A DNA stretch of 40,494 nt from Alphaproteobacteria bacterium (lineage in GTDB: Bacteria; Pseudomonadota; Alphaproteobacteria; Rs-D84), in the NCBI GenBank assembly GCA_017650945.1, contig JAGCDW010000025.1, forward strand, positions 1-40,494. Reading direction: 5' to 3'. Positions 1-7,873 of the stretch are shown one piece after another. The position numbers were made by a program, and so were the translations under genes. The first letter of the stretch is position 1, and each line of letters opens with the position of its first letter. Under the pieces are notes generated by a model. That model did no database searches. It saw nothing but the letters and a program-made list of their open reading frames with translations, and was not told the DNA's origin.

Positions 1-2085
1 GCCGGTGGCAGTCCGATAGTTTCTTATCTTTTTGATAATGAGTGTGGGGTTACGGTTAAAGCGGTGACCGATGTGCATCAGGATAATGATGTGGCCAAGC
101 CTGTTACGCATAAAAGAGTAACGTTTAAAAACACATGTACCAATACGGAGCTGAGTGAGCACGCGGATGTTCCGGTTGGTACTGATGGTGCCGCATGCGG
201 AGCAGAAGTGGTAACTACGGCGTGTGGTCCGGAGGGCGTGGCGTCGGTACGTTGCGCCGATACAACGAAACGTGGTATCAAGGTTGAACACAAGAATTGT
301 TTAGGCCAGATTGTTGATGCTGATACGCAATATATATATAATGGCGATGATGGCACATCGTTTAAATACATGGGGACAGTTCCAAATTGTGATGCGTTGG
401 AGAACATTTCTAATCCGGCACAAAATGATGCATACATCGTTAATGGTGATGGAAATGGGAAATTGTGTATTTATAACGGTTCTGCGTGGCCAACATGTCC
501 AAGTGGTTGTGCGGAGTTTACCGGGCCTGCGGGCGCAAACAATTGTACAGGGTTTGAAAATTCGAATACGGCCGTGAGAAACACTACATTGGTATATGAC
601 GCGCCAATTAAAACCAATCAATCAGATGCATATTATACGGGGCGTGGAGGAATATTTCGGACAAATGTTATGTGCAATCCAAATTTGACTAATACAATAG
701 AAAAATTGGAAGATACTTGTTTCCAAATAGTAAAGCCAACGAATAGTGCATGTACTGGGGTATATATGGAATGCACTCCTAAGGGAACCTATGAAGGAAA
801 TACAAGTTATTCAAAATATAATCTGTGTGAGGCAGCGACCGGAACAACGATTGAATCTGCATTGAATGGCAAGGAAGATGCGTTATGTGTGGGAAATAAC
901 GCGAATTCTTCAAATGTGGAGAGAAAAAAGACCGTTGAGTATAGCGAACCGACCGGTGATGGAAGTGGTGGGGGATATTTTTGGAAAACCAGTATTGGCG
1001 GGTTGGAAAACAAGAGTGTGAAGTGTGATGATAGTTCTGTACCAATAGGTTTTACACCTGATAAGTGCGAAGAAATTGAGCGGCCGAATAGTAATGTTTG
1101 TACCGGAAATGGCAATGTTTATTATCGATGCACAAAACAAAATGATAATACGACAAAATATAACCTTTGTGCAAGTGGTACATCTGTTTTAGATAAAATT
1201 AGTACGGCACAATCTGCGGCCGCCAGCGCGGCCAGCGCGGCCAGCGCGGCGAATCCGTGTGCAAGTAATCCAAATTCAAATACAATAATAAAAAGTACGA
1301 CAAGTACATCGTATAGTCGCGGTACGAAAAGTAATGGTTTGTATCCGGATATAGGTAGTAAAACTGTTACAAAGACGGCATGTGATGGCACAACAACATA
1401 TACAACAACAGAGCAAGATTTTTGTGTAGAGATTGCCAAACCGGTTAACGTTTGTACGGGGGCAACATCAGCATATTTGCGTTGTTATAATGACCAGGTT
1501 TCATCAGATAAAACGTATCATGTTTGCCAGGATTTGGGTACCGGGAATAATTCGTTAGCAAATAAGATTGACGCTAAGGCAGATGCGAGTGCGGTGACAC
1601 TCAATGCGTTAGCAACCACTTTGGGAGATACCTATTTGAAACCAACTGATAATATAAATGCTAGTAATTTAACAGGGACAATTAATGCTGAAAGATTGCC
1701 GGGTAATGTCTTGACAACGGACAATATCGAGGAGGAACTTGAACGTCAGTTGGATGAAGGTGGTTCATTAGAGAATGTTGTGACGAATGGTAATATCGCA
1801 GACAAGCTTGCAGAGCAGTTGGAATCAGGCGGTGCGTTAGAGGATGTCGTTACTACGAGTAATTTGGCGGATAGTCTTGCAAATGATACTGAGGCTGTTT
1901 TCAATTTTGGAACAAACGGCAGTCAGGTAAATATAACGTTTGGTGATGTTATAGAATTGTTACATGCCATTACAGGAGATTGTACGGTAAATACCAATAG
2001 TTTGCAACGGACGGTTTCATGTAGTAATGGTGAACTAGGTAAACAGCTAAATGTAAATAGGCAAATTGGTATGGCAACACCATAA
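1..2085 (+). CDS. Large Cys-rich secreted/surface protein, 5'-truncated by the window edge, with a tail-fibre-like C-terminal region
   Basis: Frame 1 is open from nt 1, with no stop before the GTG at 64; stop TAA is at 2083-2085. It contains three ~110-aa six-Cys modules (C..I.KP...CTG...Y..C....KY.LC). It also has the motif INASNLTGTINAERLPGNV and 21-aa acidic repeats. No enzyme motifs were seen. Confidence 0.7.
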   Translation, partial: AGGSPIVSYLFDNECGVTVKAVTDVHQDNDVAKPVTHKRVTFKNTCTNTELSEHADVPVGTDGAACGAEVVTTACGPEGVASVRCADTTKRGIKVEHKNCLGQIVDADTQYIYNGDDGTSFKYMGTVPNCDALENISNPAQNDAYIVNGDGNGKLCIYNGSAWPTCPSGCAEFTGPAGANNCTGFENSNTAVRNTTLVYDAPIKTNQSDAYYTGRGGIFRTNVMCNPNLTNTIEKLEDTCFQIVKPTNSACTGVYMECTPKGTYEGNTSYSKYNLCEAATGTTIESALNGKEDALCVGNNANSSNVERKKTVEYSEPTGDGSGGGYFWKTSIGGLENKSVKCDDSSVPIGFTPDKCEEIERPNSNVCTGNGNVYYRCTKQNDNTTKYNLCASGTSVLDKISTAQSAAASAASAASAANPCASNPNSNTIIKSTTSTSYSRGTKSNGLYPDIGSKTVTKTACDGTTTYTTTEQDFCVEIAKPVNVCTGATSAYLRCYNDQVSSDKTYHVCQDLGTGNNSLANKIDAKADASAVTLNALATTLGDTYLKPTDNINASNLTGTINAERLPGNVLTTDNIEEELERQLDEGGSLENVVTNGNIADKLAEQLESGGALEDVVTTSNLADSLANDTEAVFNFGTNGSQVNITFGDVIELLHAITGDCTVNTNSLQRTVSCSNGELGKQLNVNRQIGMATP

Positions 2086-2093
2086 AGTAACAC

Positions 2094-2122
2094 AAAAGGG
2101 TTCGGAAATCCGAACCCTTTTT
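2094..2122. terminator. Bidirectional rho-independent terminator between convergent genes
   Basis: Perfect 12-bp stem aaaagggttcgg / ccgaaccctttt with loop aaat, flanked by A/T runs. Confidence 0.7.
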
Positions 2123-2140
2123 ATATTTAAATATAATAAG

Positions 2141-2554
2141 TTATTCGTTTTCGGTAAGTGATTTTAGCAAAGCCATCACGGATTCGCGTTGTTTATTACT
2201 GGCCAATTTCCAATACATGCGGATTAATTCCAAACTTTCCGTGCGAATCAACGGGTCATCCGAACTTGGTGAATGGACGTGTATTGACTTGCTAGATTTC
2301 GTTTCGTCCGGCATATTCCCGGGCAGTCCAACAAAAAAGAACGATACCGGTGTTTGCATCGCGCGCCCTATTTCGAACAAGCGTGATGCAGATATGCGGT
2401 TGTCCGCACTTTCGTATTTTTGAATTTGCTGAAAAGTAACGCCACATACATGCGCCAAATCCTTTAATGACATGCCCATCATGGTGCGACGTAACTGCAT
2501 CCGCTTTCCGATATGTTGGTCAACTGTCGATGGTATATATGCTTTCCCAGACAT
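2141..2554 (-). CDS. XRE/Cro-C1 family helix-turn-helix transcriptional regulator
   Basis: The sequence IGKRMQLRRTMMGMSLKDLAHVCGVTFQQIQKYESADNRISASRLFEIGRAM is a classic HTH_3 pattern. AAAGGA lies upstream of the ATG. Confidence 0.8.
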   Translation of the reverse strand: MSGKAYIPSTVDQHIGKRMQLRRTMMGMSLKDLAHVCGVTFQQIQKYESADNRISASRLFEIGRAMQTPVSFFFVGLPGNMPDETKSSKSIHVHSPSSDDPLIRTESLELIRMYWKLASNKQRESVMALLKSLTENE

Positions 2555-2610
2555 AATTTGTCCTTTTGTATGATACGTTTCCTATCTTTTATACAATGTT
2601 TTTTTTTGTT

Positions 2611-2639
2611 TTGCAATCAAAAAAGCCCTGTGTTATTAT
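2611..2639 (+). promoter_or_regulatory. Putative sigma70 promoter for gpmI
   Basis: TTGCAA (2611-2616), 17-nt spacer, TATTAT (2634-2639), about 24 nt upstream of the AGGAG/ATG. Confidence 0.4.
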
Positions 2640-2662
2640 GTTTTTCGTACAGGAGAAAAGAT

Positions 2663-4135
2663 ATGAAAAAGACAGTTGTTTTATGTATTTTGGATGGGGT
2701 CGGCTATAACGCGGATACGGTGCATAATGCGGTCGCGATGGCAAAAATGCCCTATTTTAATAGGTTGATAAAAAAGTATCCGAATTCACTTTTGCGTGCT
2801 TCCGGCACAGCGGTTGGATTGCCTGGAAATTTAATGGGAAATTCAGAGGTTGGACATATCTGCATCGGTGCTGGACGCGTAGTGATGCAATATCTGTTGC
2901 GTTTTGCACGCGAAGATTGGGTAAAAAATAAACCGCTGAACAAATTTATTGCAGATGTTCGACGCGATGGCGGGATTGTGCACTTTGCGGGTCTGATGTC
3001 CGATGGGCGCGTGCATGCGGACGTGCGCGACGAAGTAAAGATTATGAAATATATTTTGGATGCGAAATTGCGGGTATGTATTCACTTTATTGCCGATGGG
3101 CGCGACACGCCACCTAAATCGGCGTTGAAATATGTGCGAACGATTAAACGCATGCTAAGTCCATATTTTGCGGACGGACGGGTGTTCTTTGGGACACTGT
3201 CTGGGCGATACTATACGATGGATAGGAATAAAAATATGGATCGCACAGAAATGGCGTTTAATGCGATTGCAAATGCCCGCGCGGATTCATCGGCACCAAC
3301 AATAGAAGATGCAATCAAACAGTCCTATGCCGCCGGTGTGACGGACGAATTTTTCAAACCGACCATTATCAATCCGACACCGATTTCGGCGCGCGATGGG
3401 TTCATTTTCGGTAATTACCGCAGCGATCGTGCGCGGCAAATCGTTCGCGCATTGTTAAAGACACAGGCGCATATATTGTGCTTTTCGCAATATGGCGAAG
3501 GGTTAAATGGACATTGCCCTGCACTGCTTACTGATATCCCAGTTGACAATACTTTGGGTGATGTTGTCGCGGCGGCGGATCTTTCGCAATTGCGAATTGC
3601 GGAAACGGAAAAGTATAACCATGTTACTTATTTTATGGATGCGGAACGGACGGTTGACTATCCGAACGAAGAAAAAGTCTTGATTGATTCGCCTGCGGTT
3701 GCAACCTTTGATATGAAGCCGGAAATGTCCGCTAATGAAATTACGGCGGCGCTGTTGCCACGGATTGGGCGGTTCGATGTTGTTATGTTGAACTTTGCCA
3801 ATGGTGACATGGTTGGGCATACCGGAAACGAAGCGGCGACCGTGCGGGCGATGGAGTGTTTGGATAAACAACTGGCCCAGATCGTGCCGGCGGTGCTTTC
3901 GGTCGAAGGTAAGATGCTTATTATCGCAGACCATGGAAATGCGGAAAAAATGTGGGATGACAAGGCAAATGCACCTTGGACCGCGCATACCAACAACAAA
4001 GTGCGGGCGATTTTGGTAAGCGAACCAAAGTACAAGAAAATAAAGAACGGTGGCCTTGCCGATGTCGCCCCAACGATTTTGAAATTGTTGGGGGTGTCGC
4101 AGCCGGCGGAAATGACCGGAAAGTCGCTGGTTTAG
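2663..4135 (+). CDS. gpmI: 2,3-bisphosphoglycerate-independent phosphoglycerate mutase
   Basis: MKKTVVLCILDGVGYN...VGLPGNLMGNSEVGHICIGAGRV...ADHGNAE are iPGM motifs. The start was moved to the ATG at 2663, which follows AGGAG. The ORF-track extension from 2513 overlaps the divergent regulator. Confidence 0.9.
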   Translation: MKKTVVLCILDGVGYNADTVHNAVAMAKMPYFNRLIKKYPNSLLRASGTAVGLPGNLMGNSEVGHICIGAGRVVMQYLLRFAREDWVKNKPLNKFIADVRRDGGIVHFAGLMSDGRVHADVRDEVKIMKYILDAKLRVCIHFIADGRDTPPKSALKYVRTIKRMLSPYFADGRVFFGTLSGRYYTMDRNKNMDRTEMAFNAIANARADSSAPTIEDAIKQSYAAGVTDEFFKPTIINPTPISARDGFIFGNYRSDRARQIVRALLKTQAHILCFSQYGEGLNGHCPALLTDIPVDNTLGDVVAAADLSQLRIAETEKYNHVTYFMDAERTVDYPNEEKVLIDSPAVATFDMKPEMSANEITAALLPRIGRFDVVMLNFANGDMVGHTGNEAATVRAMECLDKQLAQIVPAVLSVEGKMLIIADHGNAEKMWDDKANAPWTAHTNNKVRAILVSEPKYKKIKNGGLADVAPTILKLLGVSQPAEMTGKSLV

Positions 4136-4150
4136 TGGTTAGTGTTAGTG

Positions 4151-4176
4151 AAAATCCCGCATGCGCGGGATTTTTA
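4151..4176. terminator. Hairpin terminator; first copy of the reused AAAATCCCGC..GCGGGATTTTTAGTAC element
   Basis: atcccgc-atgc-gcgggat followed by ttttt; it lies between convergent gpmI and the 4174-4635 ORF. Confidence 0.6.
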
Positions 4177-4635
4177 GTACTGTTTTTGCAACCTAAAGAA
4201 CTCGGCCATCTTTTCTTCCATTGTAAAATTACGCAATATCTTATACTCGTTGGTTCTATCATGGGCTACATCCGGTTTGACCAAAATTTTGTCGCCAGTT
4301 TTTGTGGGATAAAATTTCCATTGCCATGCAAATTCGATGTTGTTGATTAAATCTAGGATTATAAGGCCAAATCGTTTACCAATAATTCGTAGTTCTTTCG
4401 TGCTGTCATTGTTGAGGGAGTTTACGTCAAGAACCAGCATAATATCACAGTCGCGCATATTATACCGAACTGGTCTGATGGTGTTTTTACTGCTAAGCCA
4501 TACCAAGGTGCCTATGTCAAAACCAATCCAGTTTTCGCGACCTTTGAATGTTATAAGTTCTGGGTAATAAGACATTGTTGGAACCAATGTGACGCGTTGT
4601 GTCGATTTGCTTGGGTATCGTTTGTCGGCAATCAT
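4174..4635 (-). CDS. Hypothetical protein
   Basis: Long ORF. The start was set to the first ATG (M44 of the track ORF) that does not overlap tadA. There is no clear SD and no recognisable motif. Confidence 0.45.
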   Translation of the reverse strand: MIADKRYPSKSTQRVTLVPTMSYYPELITFKGRENWIGFDIGTLVWLSSKNTIRPVRYNMRDCDIMLVLDVNSLNNDSTKELRIIGKRFGLIILDLINNIEFAWQWKFYPTKTGDKILVKPDVAHDRTNEYKILRNFTMEEKMAEFFRLQKQY

Positions 4636-4693
4636 ATATTCTTGGTATAATAATCTTTCTTCTCTTGTTAATTTGGGGTCGGTATTCTTTTTT

Positions 4694-5152
4694 TTACTCC
4701 TTTTTGTTATCTTTCCGCCGTTTGGCGAAGAATTCGCGCAGCAGTTCGGCGGATTCGTTCGCATATTCGGGCAATTGAATTATATTTGGGTGCCAAAGGT
4801 GTTTGTCGTTGTCGAAAACCCGCGCATTTGCGGTTATGCCCCCGCCCTTTTCGTCCGTTGCCGCAAAGTAAATGTTGTGGATTCGTGCAAAAGAAATCGC
4901 GGTCGCGCACATGGCACAGGGTTCCAGCGATACATATATATCGCAATCGTCAAGGAATTTGACCCCTAGTTTTTTACATGCGCGGTTTATTGCAACAATT
5001 TCCGCATGCAGTGTTGGGTTTTGTTTTCGTTGGACCAGGTTTTCCCCACGGGCAATAATTTTGCCCGCGCGCACAATCGCCGCGCCAATCGGCACATCGC
5101 CCGCCGCGCCTGCGCGCCGCGCTAAATTTAAAACTTGCTTCATTATGTTCAT
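4694..5152 (-). CDS. tadA: tRNA-specific adenosine deaminase
   Basis: HAEIVAI...SLEPCAMCATAI is the CDA zinc motif (H-A-E, PC..C). The start is ambiguous (5170, 5152 or 5143). Confidence 0.88.
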   Translation of the reverse strand: MNIMKQVLNLARRAGAAGDVPIGAAIVRAGKIIARGENLVQRKQNPTLHAEIVAINRACKKLGVKFLDDCDIYVSLEPCAMCATAISFARIHNIYFAATDEKGGGITANARVFDNDKHLWHPNIIQLPEYANESAELLREFFAKRRKDNKKE

Positions 5153-5170
5153 CGTTGTAAAGTTTTGCAC

Positions 5171-5737
5171 ATGGATTCAAAATTGCAAGTGATTTCTGGG
5201 GCGTATCGTGGGCGAAAACTCATGTTGCCCCGCTCTGCACGGCCGACCCAGAATATGGCGCGGGCGGCGGTGTTTAATATGCTCGGCGAAATACTTTTGG
5301 AACCGTTTAGCAAACTGAACGCATGGGACGCTTTTGCAGGGTCGGGGGCACTCGGGGTCGAAGTTTTGTCGCGGTATACGGGTTCAACGGTTATATTTAC
5401 CGACACATCGCCCGATGCGGTGCGTGCGATAACCGAAAATGTGCATGGCGTTGATTGGGCGCGGTATAAAATCGATGCATCTGATGCGGCAACCCGTATT
5501 TGGAAATACGGTCCGCGCGTGAATTTGGTGTTTGTTGACCCGCCTTATGAAGATGCGCGTGTTGGAATTGACTTTGTGGCAAATTTGGCGGATTCTGTGC
5601 GTGCAGGTACGATCGTTGTTCAAGAAATTGAAAAGGTAGTGCCCTATTCGCCCGATGAAACAAAATGGGAAATTTTGCGCGACAAAACATACGGCCGGGC
5701 ACGTTTTTTGATTTTACGGCGGCACAATTTGTGTTGA
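5171..5737 (+). CDS. rsmD: 16S rRNA (guanine966-N2)-methyltransferase
   Basis: VISGAYRGRKL..P...RPT....R.AVFNML, DAFAGSGALGVE and VFVDPPY are RsmD/N6-MTase motifs. Confidence 0.85.
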   Translation: MDSKLQVISGAYRGRKLMLPRSARPTQNMARAAVFNMLGEILLEPFSKLNAWDAFAGSGALGVEVLSRYTGSTVIFTDTSPDAVRAITENVHGVDWARYKIDASDAATRIWKYGPRVNLVFVDPPYEDARVGIDFVANLADSVRAGTIVVQEIEKVVPYSPDETKWEILRDKTYGRARFLILRRHNLC

Positions 5738-5761
5738 CTTTTGTTTTTGCTTGTCTATAAT
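5734..5761 (+). promoter_or_regulatory. Putative sigma70 promoter
   Basis: TTGACT (5734-5739), 16-nt spacer, TATAAT (5756-5761), 30 nt upstream of the ATG at 5792. Confidence 0.5.
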
Positions 5762-5791
5762 ATTCGTACAAACAGATTTAAGGGCTTATCT

Positions 5792-6337
5792 ATGGTGAAT
5801 TATAAGGAATTAGACCCGAGTGTTTTGGCACTATTTTTAGGGTATGAAACTGATGGAAATAACGAAAATTATGCCACAAGCATATTGTTGAATCCCCGTC
5901 CAGAACAGGATGCGTTTCTGCGGCACTCTAGTGTAAAGGGTGGATATTGGGTGCCATTGATGCGCGTGCATACGATTGATGATAGATTAAAAAATGTTGC
6001 TATTGGTGTAAGCCCCAGTTTGTGTGGTACCCCATTTGCTTTTGAACAGGTTAAAGTTCCATTGCTAAAACGTCTGCCTGGGGGTGAATTCGCGTATCAT
6101 GTTGCCACAGTGAAACAGCTTGATGATTTTCATGCAACAGTACATTTTGAAGATAATGATCGACTGGTACCGGTAAAATCGCGCAGAATCAAATTGCAGA
6201 ATACTGGTAATATTTCAATCAAATGCGGTGATGCGATTTTGTTGAAACGCCTTTTGGGAAAGTGGGCAGTTGTGCAAAATATTACCCAGGCAAAGAAAGC
6301 GTTTGAATTAAACTTAGCGGCTTCAAAAAACGCTTGA
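5792..6337 (+). CDS. Hypothetical protein
   Basis: 181-aa ORF downstream of a near-consensus promoter; no recognisable motif. Confidence 0.55.
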   Translation: MVNYKELDPSVLALFLGYETDGNNENYATSILLNPRPEQDAFLRHSSVKGGYWVPLMRVHTIDDRLKNVAIGVSPSLCGTPFAFEQVKVPLLKRLPGGEFAYHVATVKQLDDFHATVHFEDNDRLVPVKSRRIKLQNTGNISIKCGDAILLKRLLGKWAVVQNITQAKKAFELNLAASKNA

Positions 6338-6362
6338 TTTTTCGATAATTTTGTTTCATAAT
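6334..6362 (+). promoter_or_regulatory. Putative sigma70 promoter for rplY
   Basis: TTGATT (6334-6339), 17-nt spacer, CATAAT (6357-6362). Confidence 0.45.
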
Positions 6363-6453
6363 ACGGTCCGCACAACACCCTTGGAGGTTGTGTATAACAA
6401 TAAAAATTTCCCCCGCCGCCAAGGCTTCGGGGGACAGACAAAAAGGACTTAAA

Positions 6454-7089
6454 ATGGCAATCGAATTAAATGCAGAGATTCGCAATGTTGCTGGCAAGGG
6501 GGCCGCACGTGCAATTCGTAATAACAAAAATATCCCCGCTGTGATTTATGGCGAAAAGAAAGACCCGGTCGCAATCGAAATTTCTGGCCGTGATTTCGCG
6601 CCTATTGTTCAGATTCCGGCGCTGCGGACAAAACTGTTTCATATTACGACAAAAAATGGTAAAGAAGACGCGATGTTGATGGATATTCAATATCACCCTG
6701 TGTCTGATAAAATCGTTCACGTTGATTTCAAGCGCATTGATGTTAAAAAGCCCGTTTGCGTGTCCGTTCCGGTAGAGGTTATAAATGCCGACACGTCCAA
6801 GGGGTTGAAACTTGGTGGTGTTTTGAATTTTGCGGTGCGTAAGGTTTCTTTGGTCGCGTTGGTTGATAAATTGCCGGAAAAAATCGTTTTGGATTTGGCG
6901 AATTTGAATATCGGCGATACTGTTCATGGTTCGGACTTGGTTTTGCCGGACGGTGTGTCATTGGGCTTGCACCAGGCGGATTTAGCGTTCGCAACAATTG
7001 GTGGTAAGATGCCGGAAGAAGCCGATGCCAAGAAGCCGGCAGCGGCGGCAACCGCGGCACCTGCGGCGGCGGCACCTGCGAAGAAGTAA
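6454..7089 (+). CDS. rplY: 50S ribosomal protein L25 / general stress protein Ctc
   Basis: MAIELNAEIRNVAGKGAARAIRNNKNIPAVIYGEKKDPVAIEI is the L25/Ctc N-terminus. It has an Ala/Pro/Lys-rich tail. The start is at the ATG after AAAGGA. Confidence 0.9.
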   Translation: MAIELNAEIRNVAGKGAARAIRNNKNIPAVIYGEKKDPVAIEISGRDFAPIVQIPALRTKLFHITTKNGKEDAMLMDIQYHPVSDKIVHVDFKRIDVKKPVCVSVPVEVINADTSKGLKLGGVLNFAVRKVSLVALVDKLPEKIVLDLANLNIGDTVHGSDLVLPDGVSLGLHQADLAFATIGGKMPEEADAKKPAAAATAAPAAAAPAKK

Positions 7090-7110
7090 GTTTGATGTAA
7101 ATAATAAGTA

Positions 7111-7140
7111 TGAAACGGCGCAATGCGCCGTTTCTTATTT
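7111..7140 (+). terminator. Rho-independent terminator of rplY
   Basis: aaacggcgc-aat-gcgccgttt followed by a T-rich tail. Confidence 0.7.
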
Positions 7141-7204
7141 TTACTTGACTAAAATTTATGAAATTTGATAAAATTATTTGTGTTAAAAGGAACAGGAGAG
7201 TTAA

Positions 7205-7828
7205 ATGCGTATCCGGAATATTTGGGCGTTCTGTTTAGTGGTGTTTACGGTTTGTGCGGCCTATGCAGAAGGCGGAACGTCTAATGCCCTGCCAAGGCCT
7301 ACAACAAAAAATTATGTTGATACCATGGCCGCCAACAAACAAGAAAAAATTTCTGCGCAGACTGGAAACTATGTCGTTATGTATCCGGATAACACAAGTG
7401 GTGATATTAATCACGACGGTGACGGTGAAATTGATGCGCGGCACGTGTCAGATGTTTTGACGGGAACGGCATCTGATAATGTTGCGGTGGCGGATGTCGA
7501 TATTCCGACCGTTGGTGCGGTAAATGCGGGGCTTGGTGGAAAACAGGCGAATATTCCGGCGGGAACTGCGGGAAATATTGTTACATATTCGGGAACGGCG
7601 GGAACGGTTCAATCGCATGATTTGTATAGGGCCAATCAGGCATATAATGCCAATGGACTTATAGAGGCGAATCATGCCAATACCGCGATTCAAACAGGTC
7701 TAAATAGTCACCTTAGTTGCACAAACAATACCGGTCCCAATAACGAATGTTGGTTGTATAAAATAAATACTCAGGCGGCTGGAACGGTTTATACGCCAAC
7801 GGCGCCCAGTGGTGGTGGTAACGGATAA
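7205..7828 (+). CDS. Secreted protein, distant member of the YVD..QEKI N-domain family (no knottin array)
   Basis: Signal peptide MRIRNIWAFCLVVFTVCAAYA. KNYVDTMAANKQEKI and the C-x8-C-WLY segment parallel the 12.5-15 kb paralogs. GGAGAG SD. Confidence 0.7.
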   Translation: MRIRNIWAFCLVVFTVCAAYAEGGTSNALPRPTTKNYVDTMAANKQEKISAQTGNYVVMYPDNTSGDINHDGDGEIDARHVSDVLTGTASDNVAVADVDIPTVGAVNAGLGGKQANIPAGTAGNIVTYSGTAGTVQSHDLYRANQAYNANGLIEANHANTAIQTGLNSHLSCTNNTGPNNECWLYKINTQAAGTVYTPTAPSGGGNG

Positions 7829-7843
7829 ATTTTTCGTTTTATA

Positions 7844-7870
7844 AAAAAAGATGCCTTGGGCATCTTTTTT
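7844..7870. terminator. Bidirectional terminator
   Basis: aaaaaagatgcc-ttg-ggcatctttttt is a perfect 12-bp stem between convergent genes. Confidence 0.7.
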
Positions 7871-7873
7871 AAT

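Noticed and set aside
2513-2662. The N-terminal 50-aa extension of the gpmI ORF in the track.
   Set aside because: It overlaps the divergent regulator and the promoter. The conserved iPGM N-terminus begins at the ATG at 2663, which has an AGGAG SD.
5135-5172. Near-zero spacing or overlap of the divergent tadA and rsmD starts, considered as a possible shared regulatory oddity.
   Set aside because: The start codons are ambiguous (several in-frame ATGs for tadA). This cannot be resolved from sequence alone and is not obviously meaningful.
7020-7089. Ala/Pro/Lys-rich tails on L25 (and on S16 at 15600-15718), considered as unusual fusions.
   Set aside because: Such low-complexity C-terminal extensions on these ribosomal proteins are common in alphaproteobacteria.
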